From Sedimentisphaeraceae bacterium JB056 (GTDB lineage: Bacteria > Planctomycetota > Phycisphaerae > Sedimentisphaerales > Sedimentisphaeraceae), in the NCBI GenBank assembly GCA_044440125.1, contig JBITAJ010000015.1, positions 64,001 to 128,000 on the forward strand: a DNA stretch of 64,000 nucleotides, written 5' to 3'. This document shows, piece by piece, positions 38,701 to 46,643 of this stretch (positions within the stretch are counted from its first letter, which is position 1; the number at the start of each line of letters is the position of its first letter). The notes beneath the pieces are model-generated. The model had not been told where the DNA came from. It was given only the letters and a program-made list of their open reading frames with translations, and ran no database searches. A program made the translations under genes and the position numbers.

Positions 38701-39120
38701 GGAACCGCTATGGATGCTGAAGTTTATACTGATATAGAAGCAGCAGTTTCTGTTGACGGTGATATTATCACCTACGAAATAGCTTTGCCTGTTTACAGCA
38801 GCTATGATATTAACAGCCAATCAGGAACTTCTTACAATCTTACTGATAGTGATGTTGTGGCTTTCAATCTCCAGATAAATTCAGTTAATGGTGGAGAATT
38901 TGGCGGATTGTTTGCTGATCAGGGACATGCTCCTGACGGTTGGCCGGCATTTACAGTTACTCTTAACAGCTCATTGCCTCTTGGAGCTTTCGGCTTCTTT
39001 GATGCAGACCTTGATGAGAACGGTATGGTGGGTCTTAGCGATCTTGATACCATAATCTTGAAGTGGTTAAGCTGTACAGACCCTGAAGGTGTTGGCTGCG
39101 ATCAGCCATGGATGCCTTAA
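35746..39120 (+). CDS. Secreted, apparently non-catalytic multidomain protein: 2x unrecognised domain + Fn3-like + CBM9-like domain between two half-dockerin motifs
   Basis: Signal peptide; tandem domains each with WEKGDW.R and TYVDN; LSWDG..HKVYFGT..YYWRIDE..VWSFTT; VDGNLSEW...YMALKVTD; DLNEDCYVDLGDY and DLDENGMVGLSDL..WLSCTDP. Confidence 0.82.
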   Translation: MKKMLLMIVAVIVLGTSAHAAFNEDFDTFSLGALTAQESWEAHATVTVETTATSGEYTGGRALKTNSTGDEWPRHDSTGVALGLTLDQDGIEYGFDVREDNTSAVSAYLFMRQGRTANYGAAVGLGGGYFAIRPNATSGDTITGNWVGADGGAYWEKGDWLRIKIRLTGTNFSTATVYCYNLTKSIDVPTGITGYDTGINYLSKAASWTGLNLRLTLSTGTYVDNLYIEDYTAPVAPTPSMYIEDFESETLGSINQTGWRDNAPAVTIVSTSDSGEYVGGAQAMKSGSTGDEWPQYALDRFVDPGLQVGTFDGIEMGFDFREDNTSLASCRMHFRVDVTSSYSPAFGLNVGNFAIRENGDGGTTHTGNAIGSAGASLWEKGDWVRLTLVLTGTSYSRATLYAYNLDKGVEIPTGLESVSLAVSPQINAADWSRLVFRMGNSSGTYVDNAYVTDYVNTNVLAENPTPADGEYPVAISGGVTLSWDGAPSADSHKVYFGTASDELTLETDTTSESYLLPYTLEKGVTYYWRIDEVIAGVDNEGMVWSFTTELGDLNYPRRMAYEGFDYDQYVALKNTSNGGFGWETSWERSAGGWCYLNVGPGSLTPAMDYLLGTNGNRIQHPASTANDGMRELSYPIDARADQDYYISYLAMGEYDGYNQVNFAVYESKSGAYLFQNHMFYTGYSGITSPQFALRDPSGAWNNKLYGSWASDEVYVVVVKISATATGDDTVSVSVFDATNPLPATEPTVWDESFTTQSDKVYPWISISGRSDAYDLWNMDEIHVGTGWGAVTGWAEACGDFGTLMAYDLNEDCYVDLGDYALMASDWFKSTDPSVEGSEWVIEDNDPNFTTLFTDLDASQLNVYETDTVTVDGNLSEWSSSRWYNTLFTSGYQTTSVSDVTDAEVALKWDPANPDTVYMALKVTDTNQSFAATPDAWNAGDNIEIRFSVNDTSSSETWLDNETFDTAQYYQIFPQTGGFYANLGPIGTAMDAEVYTDIEAAVSVDGDIITYEIALPVYSSYDINSQSGTSYNLTDSDVVAFNLQINSVNGGEFGGLFADQGHAPDGWPAFTVTLNSSLPLGAFGFFDADLDENGMVGLSDLDTIILKWLSCTDPEGVGCDQPWMP

Positions 39121-39134
39121 TGCATTGAATAATA

Positions 39135-39164
39135 GTCGGGGTGCAAATTGCACCCCGACATTTT
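39135..39164 (+). terminator. Strong intra-operon hairpin/weak terminator
   Basis: GTCGGGGTGCA-AAT-TGCACCCCGAC followed by ATTTT. Confidence 0.7.
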
Positions 39165-39254
39165 AATAAGTATTTTCAGCTTTTTATCATTATAAAGGTG
39201 GTCAAAAGCCGGAAATATGCGTAATGTAAAATTAACTTTTTTGAGGATAATAAA

Positions 39255-40076
39255 ATGAAAAAGATGACTCCAAAACAAGGCTTTACTCTTATTGAACTTC
39301 TTGTTGTAATTTCTATAATTGCTATCTTGATGGCAGTGATGATGCCTGCACTTGGCAAAGCAAGAGAGGTTGCCAAGAATGTTATATGCCGTTCCAATAT
39401 AAAAGGAATTGGTACAGCTTCGTTGCTCTGGAGTGAAGATAATGAGAACTGGGTGCTTCCTGCTCTTTGGGACAGAGGCAACAGCGAAGGTGACAGTTTA
39501 CTCTTACCCTATCTTGGTGATGCCGAAGCCGGCAGTAAAGTCATGCTTTGTCCTGCAGTACCGGCAAAATATGCAGGGAAGACATATGAAGAGCTTGGTC
39601 TTGAGAAAGATGTTGCAGGTCTTGCAAACGGAGGTAACTATTACAACAGCTACGGTTATAATATGAAGCTTTGTGCACCGACAAGCCAATGTCCGGGAAG
39701 TTATGACAAATCTAATGATGACGGCAGTACCTGGGGTAAAGACGGCGTGTGGTATAAGAAGCATGGTAACTGTAAATTGTTTAGCATACGTAAACCGTCA
39801 ACAACAATTATGTTTGCTGAAAGTATTGTATATCTCAGCTATCCTGAATATTACACCAAAGCCATGGCAAACCCTGCTTTCAGCGATCCGGCAGCGAGAG
39901 GTCGTCGTCATAATCCCAAAAAGAGACGCGTCGGCAGCGATGATGTTGAGTACTGCGGCAACATGAACATTGCCTGGATGGATGGCAGTGTATCTGAAGA
40001 ACCTGATGATATGGATATTCGCTCTGACGATGGAAGAACCTACAATATCAACGGCAACTACTGGTATGGAAAATAA
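39255..40076 (+). CDS. Prepilin-type N-terminal cleavage/methylation protein (DUF1559-like)
   Basis: [47 protein letters not shown]-terminal RRH...[11 protein letters not shown]. Confidence 0.93.
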   Translation: MKKMTPKQGFTLIELLVVISIIAILMAVMMPALGKAREVAKNVICRSNIKGIGTASLLWSEDNENWVLPALWDRGNSEGDSLLLPYLGDAEAGSKVMLCPAVPAKYAGKTYEELGLEKDVAGLANGGNYYNSYGYNMKLCAPTSQCPGSYDKSNDDGSTWGKDGVWYKKHGNCKLFSIRKPSTTIMFAESIVYLSYPEYYTKAMANPAFSDPAARGRRHNPKKRRVGSDDVEYCGNMNIAWMDGSVSEEPDDMDIRSDDGRTYNINGNYWYGK

Positions 40077-40230
40077 GCTAACGTTGGCTTTATCCTCAAT
40101 CAGCAACAAAAGAATTAAGGATGTAGTTAACTATCGCTCACGATTTTATGGTATTTCCATCTACTAACTTCTATATTCTATATTCTATGTTCTTGTATTA
40201 AAGTTAATAACCATCTATTCAGGATAGAAA

Positions 40231-43200
40231 ATGAAATACATAGCAATTCTCTTAGTTCTTGTTTTGTCAGGATTTTCTGCGGGTTCGACAGTATATTTTG
40301 ATCTTGATGATAGCTACATTGTTTCAGGTAATTGGAATACTGTTAGTGATTGGACCGAGGGCGTACACGTTATTGATGCTATCGACAGTGATGGTAATCA
40401 GACCGCTGTTTCCTTGAATTGTGCCGATGGTTTTGCTATGTATAATTCAAGCGGTGAATCGGCTGTAACAGCTTATCCGACAGAAGCGGGAATGGATTCT
40501 TTTTATCTTTCATATTCCAACAGTTATGCGAAAATTCAGATAGGCGGTCTGACGGAAGGACAGAGTTATGATTTTACGTTTTTCGGTTCACGTGCATCAA
40601 GCGGCCCCAGAGCTCTCGATATATCTATCGGCGGCACTCAAGTTACTCTTGATGCGGCATACAATATAAGTGATACCGTTACAATAAACGGAGTAGTTGC
40701 GCCGTCAAGCGGAATAGTGCAGATTAGTGTTTCGCTCTCTTCGGGCAGTAGTTACGGCTATCTTGGTGTTATCGAGATAAACGGCAATTTCGCTGCCCCT
40801 CAAATTCAGCCCGAAGGCATTTTTGTCGCTCCGTGGGGTCTTGATTCCAACCCGGGTACGTATAACTGGCCTAAAGCTACGATGTCAGGTGCTTTTGATG
40901 CGGTTGCTGATTATAAGCAGACTAACGGCTTACCGGTCGGCGGGTTGGACGTGAATTTCAGAGGCGGTCATTACTATTTTACTTCTACTGCTTTTGCTGA
41001 TAGTTCTATAGATGGCGAGGCAGGAAAACCTGTAACATTTAAGCCTTACAATGATGAAGAGGTTATTTTTGATGGAAGCGTTGAGATTAACAGCAGTGAC
41101 TTTTCACTTGTAACAGACCAGAGTGTTTTAGGGCGGCTTGGAGATAATGCTGCGGGTAATGTATATGGTTGTTATATTTCTGAGAGCAGTTTGAGAGATC
41201 AGCTTTCAAATGTAAATTCAGTTGTTGATCTTGATGGTAAAATGGCTCAGGTGAGCCGTTATCCAAATGTAGGAAATTCGCATATTGACAGTGTTATAGA
41301 TGCTGGTGAGATTTACGCTGTTGGTCGTACACCGGGTGATCCGCCGACTTACAGTATGTCTGACCCTATCGGAGCGGAATTTACTATACAAGAAACTGAT
41401 GCCGCAGAGTGGGAACTTGAATACCAATCTGTACAAAAGGCAGTTCTTACCGGTTATCTTGCTAATGACTGGTATAAGGAAAGTCATACAATCGCCTCGA
41501 TTAATTCCGGTGCAGTCAAATTATTGGAATACAGTCGATATGAGATAAACAGCAGTGGTGCAAGAAGATTTTATGTACTCAATCTTATGTGTGAATTAGA
41601 TTCAGAGGGTGAGTGGTACTTTGATGAGTCTGCGAATATTCTTTATGTATGGCCTTATGAACCGATAACCTCACAGACCGATATTGGTGTGTGGAATGGT
41701 CCTGAATTTTTGAAAATATATTGCAGTTATGTTAATTTTGAAGATTTTATAATTCAGGGAACAACACAGGGAGCAAGCGGAAGCGGTATGATTACTTTCT
41801 ATGCCGGTGATAATGTTAAATTTACCGGTTGTACCTTCCGTAATACCTCAAGACCTGCCGTCTCTTTCATGTCAGATTGCACAACTACAAACAGTGGTGT
41901 TGTCGGATGCGATTTTTATGATGCTTCTTCACACCTGAATATCTACGGTGGAGTAGCTGATGAGAATGAGATAACTGCCGCCGGTAATTACGCTATAAAC
42001 TGCCATTTTACACAGGTTCAGGCACGTGATTATCTTGGCCGTGTGTATTTCCGTGGTGTTGGCAATATTTTCCGCAACAACCTGATTCACAATCTGCCTG
42101 ATGATCCTGTAAAAGCAGGCGGATATGATAATGTTTTTGAACTTAACGAAATATTCAACTGCGGCTTTGAGAGTGGTGATGGCGGAGCTATATATTGGTC
42201 AGCCGGTATGGAAAGTTATGGGAATATATTCCGCAACAATTTTCTTCATCATCTCATGTGTACTCCCGGATTGCATCCAAAGGGTGGAATGTATCCTGAT
42301 CAGCTTGATGCCGGTGATACTTTTCAGCAGAATGTTTTTTATAAGGCGGCACATAGAGCTATACTTCTCAATGGCGGTGCAGGGCATCGTGTAGAGGCGA
42401 ATGTTTTCCTTCAAGGGTGTATTGGGTTGTATCAGACTGAAAGCTATGCGCAGGGTGCTTATGACGACATACCTCTTTACGATAACGGTACACTTACCCG
42501 CGGTGATGTTGGTGATTATATCTGGCGTACAGAACAGGTTGTCGGCGTAGAAGGCTGGAACAGTGAACCATGGCTTTCTCATTTTCCATTGTTTGCAACT
42601 GTTATGAATCAGGAAATGATGCGTTTCTGGCCAATTGAAAACTATTTCAATGATAATATGTTCTATGGAAATACCGATAGTAATCTTCAATATCGATTTA
42701 CTTCAAGCAGCGTTACTACTGATTTTGCATCACTTCCATCTTATGTGAGCGCAAGCGATAACAGGAATATAACACTTGATGTTTTTGTTGACCCATCTAA
42801 GCTCAACTTTAAATTTGTTGATAATGCACCATTGTGGGCACCTGCAATACCTTTTGATAACATCGGTCTTTATGTTGGCGATGGAAGGACAAGTGTGCCT
42901 AATAAAAACACTTATCGCAGCCTGATTAAAGAAAATTTTGCCGCTCGTCCAAGTTATGACGAATCTGCTTCGTATAATCCAGCTACGATAAACTCTCTGG
43001 TTTACTATAATACAGGTGAGCTTCTTATGAATCTACCTGATGCAGATTTTAATAGTGATGGCATTGTGAATATGCTTGATTATTCAGTGCTTGGCAGTGA
43101 ATGGCAACGAAGCGATGAAGAGTTTCAATGGAATGTATTTGATTTTGATACATTCACACTTGGCGAGCTTACTGCACAGCAAGGCTGGGAGGCTAAGAGC

Positions 43201-43881
43201 ACAATAGATGTTGTAGCAACCTCTGATGATGGTCTTTACACAGCGGGAAGGGCATTGAAAGATAGCAACTATGGTGATGATTGGCCTCGCGCAGATCAAA
43301 ACGGCATTGATTTAGGTATTGACACCTCTCAATGCGATATGATAAAGATAAGCTTTGATGTTCGTGAGGGTACGAATCCAAGTGAGGGAACAACACTTTA
43401 CAGTGCACGTTTATTCCTGCGTAATGGAGCTACATCAAACTATTCTCCTTCATTTGGTATTTCTGCGGGCAAAGTTGCTCTAAGACCAGAAGGTGAGCAG
43501 GGTGATACAATAGAGGGAAATAATCTTGCCGGAAGCGCATATTATGGTGCGGATAAATACTGGGAGAAAGGCGACTGGCTTAGAATTACCCTGATTCTTG
43601 ACGGTGAAACTTACAGGAATGCAACACTTGAAATTAAGAACCTATCAAAAGGCGGAACAGATATACCTACCGGAATAGCAAATATTGATGTCGGCAGAGA
43701 TATTGGCAGTGATGCTTCACTTTGGAACAGACCAACTTTCAGACTCAGCGGTTCTTATAATACTTATGTTGATAATATAATAACTGCGGGAGAAATAAAA
43801 TTTGTCCCTGTGGCTGATGTAACACTTGACGGTAGTGTTGATATTGATGATTTAGCTGAGTTAGCAGCTCAATGGTTATAA
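40231..43881 (+). CDS. Secreted GH141-like beta-helix protein with N-terminal beta-sandwich and a C-terminal unrecognised domain flanked by half-dockerin motifs
   Basis: FVAPWGLDSNPG, FRGGHYY, SRYPN, ELDSEGEWYFD, DGGAIY, YKAAHRAILLNGGAGH; DFNSDGIVNMLDY and DVTLDGSVDIDDL..W. Confidence 0.85.
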   Translation: MKYIAILLVLVLSGFSAGSTVYFDLDDSYIVSGNWNTVSDWTEGVHVIDAIDSDGNQTAVSLNCADGFAMYNSSGESAVTAYPTEAGMDSFYLSYSNSYAKIQIGGLTEGQSYDFTFFGSRASSGPRALDISIGGTQVTLDAAYNISDTVTINGVVAPSSGIVQISVSLSSGSSYGYLGVIEINGNFAAPQIQPEGIFVAPWGLDSNPGTYNWPKATMSGAFDAVADYKQTNGLPVGGLDVNFRGGHYYFTSTAFADSSIDGEAGKPVTFKPYNDEEVIFDGSVEINSSDFSLVTDQSVLGRLGDNAAGNVYGCYISESSLRDQLSNVNSVVDLDGKMAQVSRYPNVGNSHIDSVIDAGEIYAVGRTPGDPPTYSMSDPIGAEFTIQETDAAEWELEYQSVQKAVLTGYLANDWYKESHTIASINSGAVKLLEYSRYEINSSGARRFYVLNLMCELDSEGEWYFDESANILYVWPYEPITSQTDIGVWNGPEFLKIYCSYVNFEDFIIQGTTQGASGSGMITFYAGDNVKFTGCTFRNTSRPAVSFMSDCTTTNSGVVGCDFYDASSHLNIYGGVADENEITAAGNYAINCHFTQVQARDYLGRVYFRGVGNIFRNNLIHNLPDDPVKAGGYDNVFELNEIFNCGFESGDGGAIYWSAGMESYGNIFRNNFLHHLMCTPGLHPKGGMYPDQLDAGDTFQQNVFYKAAHRAILLNGGAGHRVEANVFLQGCIGLYQTESYAQGAYDDIPLYDNGTLTRGDVGDYIWRTEQVVGVEGWNSEPWLSHFPLFATVMNQEMMRFWPIENYFNDNMFYGNTDSNLQYRFTSSSVTTDFASLPSYVSASDNRNITLDVFVDPSKLNFKFVDNAPLWAPAIPFDNIGLYVGDGRTSVPNKNTYRSLIKENFAARPSYDESASYNPATINSLVYYNTGELLMNLPDADFNSDGIVNMLDYSVLGSEWQRSDEEFQWNVFDFDTFTLGELTAQQGWEAKSTIDVVATSDDGLYTAGRALKDSNYGDDWPRADQNGIDLGIDTSQCDMIKISFDVREGTNPSEGTTLYSARLFLRNGATSNYSPSFGISAGKVALRPEGEQGDTIEGNNLAGSAYYGADKYWEKGDWLRITLILDGETYRNATLEIKNLSKGGTDIPTGIANIDVGRDIGSDASLWNRPTFRLSGSYNTYVDNIITAGEIKFVPVADVTLDGSVDIDDLAELAAQWL

Positions 43882-43894
43882 GAATGGCTTTTTT

Positions 43895-45517
43895 ATGAAT
43901 CGTAGGACTTTTCTTAAAGGTATATGTGCGGCGGGTGCTTGCTCTTTAGTTTCTGATACTGTTTTTTCTTCAGAAAAGAAGCGAAGGCCCAATGTTGTAT
44001 TTATAATTGTTGATGATAGTGAATTTGTCGAATACGGTTGTTACGATGGCATGGCTCTTACTCCAAATATCGATAAACTCGCGAACAGCGGCGTTAAATT
44101 TGAGAATGCATTTACCAGCTCTTCGGTTTGTACGCCGACAAGATATACCTGTCTTAGCGGTAAGTATGCAAGCAGGGCAAAGTCGCTTCTGACTGAAGAT
44201 AAGCAACCTGAAGATATGCCAAGATTTGTTCGCTGGAACAGCCATCTTAAATCTGGTGGATGGAATGTCGCGTCTGTATTGCAGAAAAATGGTTACTTCA
44301 CAGGGCTATGCGGTAAATGGCATGTTGGGCATGGTGAGTATTACCAAGAGCATCTGAAGGCACTTAATGTGCCGGCAGAAGTTTCACAGGCAGATCAAAT
44401 TGATCCTACTAACCCAATAGTTGATAAATATCTTGAAGAAAAATATGCTTTGCAGGTAGAAGATATTAAGAGGAGCTTTGGGTTTGATTTTGTTGGCAGT
44501 TTTTATTCCGGCAATCTTACCGATTATCCCAAGAACTATTCAAAATTAAATAAACATAATCACGACTGGATAACCCAATCAGCTTTGAATTTCATAGATG
44601 AATCACAGACGAAACAAAAGCCTTTTTTCCTGTATTTATCAACAACGCTTCAGCATGGTCCTACGCCTTTGAATTCTATTGAGGCGGATAGGAAAATCAC
44701 ATCAAAGGGACTGCTTGAAAAAGCTCCGGATGTTCAGCCTGGCTTCAAGTCGATGTATAAGAGGCTTGATGACGCAGGTGTTTCCAGAGAGATGGCTCCT
44801 TCTTTGTGGCTCGATGATGGAGTTGGTGCGGTTATGAAGAAATTGAAAGATTACGGCATTGAAGATGACACTGCCGTTTTCTTTTTTTCTGACCAGCAGT
44901 CATGGGGCAAGGGAAGTTGTTTCGATGGAGGTGTAAGAACTCCCTTAATATTCAGTTGGAAAGGGAGTGTAAAATCATCACAGGTTGAGGAGAATTTAGT
45001 CTCAAATATTGATTTTGTACCTACAATTTTTGATATATGCTCAGTTGAGGCACCTGCGGGTATGAAACTTGACGGCAGGAGTTTTCTGCCGCTTGTCAGT
45101 GGCGAATCAGAAGATTGGAGAGATGCCGTCTTTTTTGAACTTGGTAATATGAGGGCTGTAAGAACCAAAAGTTTTAAGTATATAGCTACTCGAAGCTATA
45201 CTGAAAAGCAATGGCAGGAGTTTCCTGAAGATGTTCGCCGGTCGCAGTGGTACAGAAGAAAGTATTTTAGGCTTAATTCAACATGGAAACCGCCATTAGA
45301 ATCAACAGCTTCAGTTTCGGCTGTGGCAAAATGGCGGCATGAACATTTTCAATATGCCGAAGATGCTGATCAGTTGTATGATTTGCGAATTGATCCGAGT
45401 GAGAATATGAACCTTGCAGATAGTATTGAGTATCAGGGTATACTAAAAAGAATGAAAAGTTTGCTTACAGATTGGCTTCAAACTATGCCTGGTTCTTTTG
45501 CAGAGTTTAAACAATAG
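43895..45517 (+). CDS. Sulfatase (S1, formylglycine-dependent) with Tat signal
   Basis: NRRTFLK Tat motif; RPNVVFIIVDD, CTPTR, GKWHVG, VSNIDFVPT, LYDLRIDPSE. Confidence 0.95.
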   Translation: MNRRTFLKGICAAGACSLVSDTVFSSEKKRRPNVVFIIVDDSEFVEYGCYDGMALTPNIDKLANSGVKFENAFTSSSVCTPTRYTCLSGKYASRAKSLLTEDKQPEDMPRFVRWNSHLKSGGWNVASVLQKNGYFTGLCGKWHVGHGEYYQEHLKALNVPAEVSQADQIDPTNPIVDKYLEEKYALQVEDIKRSFGFDFVGSFYSGNLTDYPKNYSKLNKHNHDWITQSALNFIDESQTKQKPFFLYLSTTLQHGPTPLNSIEADRKITSKGLLEKAPDVQPGFKSMYKRLDDAGVSREMAPSLWLDDGVGAVMKKLKDYGIEDDTAVFFFSDQQSWGKGSCFDGGVRTPLIFSWKGSVKSSQVEENLVSNIDFVPTIFDICSVEAPAGMKLDGRSFLPLVSGESEDWRDAVFFELGNMRAVRTKSFKYIATRSYTEKQWQEFPEDVRRSQWYRRKYFRLNSTWKPPLESTASVSAVAKWRHEHFQYAEDADQLYDLRIDPSENMNLADSIEYQGILKRMKSLLTDWLQTMPGSFAEFKQ

Positions 45518-45558
45518 TTTTTAGATATAGAGTAGTTAAAAAACATAGGGTTAATACT

Positions 45559-46578
45559 ATGACTTCCAAAGAGCGTGTGCGCAAAGCGATATGCTTCCAG
45601 GGACCGGACAAGGTCCCTCATTTTTTACCGGACGATAAAGAGAATGATCTTTTCTGGGCGGCGAGCTGGAATGTTGGCGGCAATCCAGGAAATATTTCAA
45701 AGAAGCCATGGACTGATATTGAGGGTACTGATTTTCAGGAGCACATTGATGCATGGGGTGTTGTGTGGCATAGACATATCACTGACAGCGGCAAGGGTGA
45801 GGCTAAGGAATATCCTATTGCTGATATTGCAAAGCAGGCTGAATACAAATTTCCCGATCTTAATCATCCGGCGTATTTTGATGCCGTGAAAAAAGTTGTT
45901 CAGGATAATGAAAAATCAGACAATCCGAAATATATTTTAGGTGTTGCTCCGTTTGCCACTCTCAACGAAGGTACGCATAATATCCGGGGTCTGCAGAATA
46001 TGTTTATGGATTATTATACAAATGCCGATGATCTTAAGGCCTTGATAGGCCGGCTTGCTGATAAGCAGGCTGAGGGGATCAGGTGTCTTGCGAAAGCCGG
46101 TTGTGATGGCGTGATGTTTTATGATGACTGGGGCCTGCAGGACAGGCTTATGGTAAGCCCTGATTTGATTGAGGAATTCTTTATGCCGTTCTACCGTAGA
46201 AACTGGCAGCTTTCCCACGAACTTGGGATGGAAAACTGGATGCATTCCTGCGGCTATATCATTGAGATGCTTCCTGTTTTCGCTGAGGCCGGGCTTAATG
46301 TGGCTCAGATAGATCAGCAGGAAAATATGGGATTGGAGAATTTAGCGGAGCAGGTTGGTGGCAAGGTTGCATTTTGGGCTCCTGTAGATATACAAAAGAC
46401 CATGATAGAAGGTTCGCTTGATGATATAAAGGCCTACGTTAAAAGAATGATAAGCACCATAGGCTCTTTCAATGGCGGCCTTGTAAGCATGGCTTATACG
46501 ACACCCGAAGATATTGGGCATACTCCTGAAAAGATCGCAGCAATGTGCGAAGCCTTCAGGGAATATGGAATATATTAA
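45559..46578 (+). CDS. Uroporphyrinogen decarboxylase-like (URO-D/MtaA-CmuA superfamily) protein
   Basis: MTSKERVRKAI, DAWGVVW, RGLQNMFMD, YDDWGLQDRLMVSP, MHSCG, PVDIQ. Confidence 0.85.
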   Translation: MTSKERVRKAICFQGPDKVPHFLPDDKENDLFWAASWNVGGNPGNISKKPWTDIEGTDFQEHIDAWGVVWHRHITDSGKGEAKEYPIADIAKQAEYKFPDLNHPAYFDAVKKVVQDNEKSDNPKYILGVAPFATLNEGTHNIRGLQNMFMDYYTNADDLKALIGRLADKQAEGIRCLAKAGCDGVMFYDDWGLQDRLMVSPDLIEEFFMPFYRRNWQLSHELGMENWMHSCGYIIEMLPVFAEAGLNVAQIDQQENMGLENLAEQVGGKVAFWAPVDIQKTMIEGSLDDIKAYVKRMISTIGSFNGGLVSMAYTTPEDIGHTPEKIAAMCEAFREYGIY

Positions 46579-46643
46579 AAAGCTGTCGATGGAGGGTGTA
46601 TAATCAATAGTCGCGAGATTAATTAATCAGGTTGTGGGTATAA

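Noticed and set aside
40169..40193. TTCTATA x3 short tandem repeat
   Set aside because: Too short and degenerate; no spacers, so not CRISPR; likely AT-rich noise.
4867..43881. Calling the dockerin-like proteins a true cellulosome
   Set aside because: No cohesin or scaffoldin is seen and most tags are single repeats; kept only as a hypothesis.
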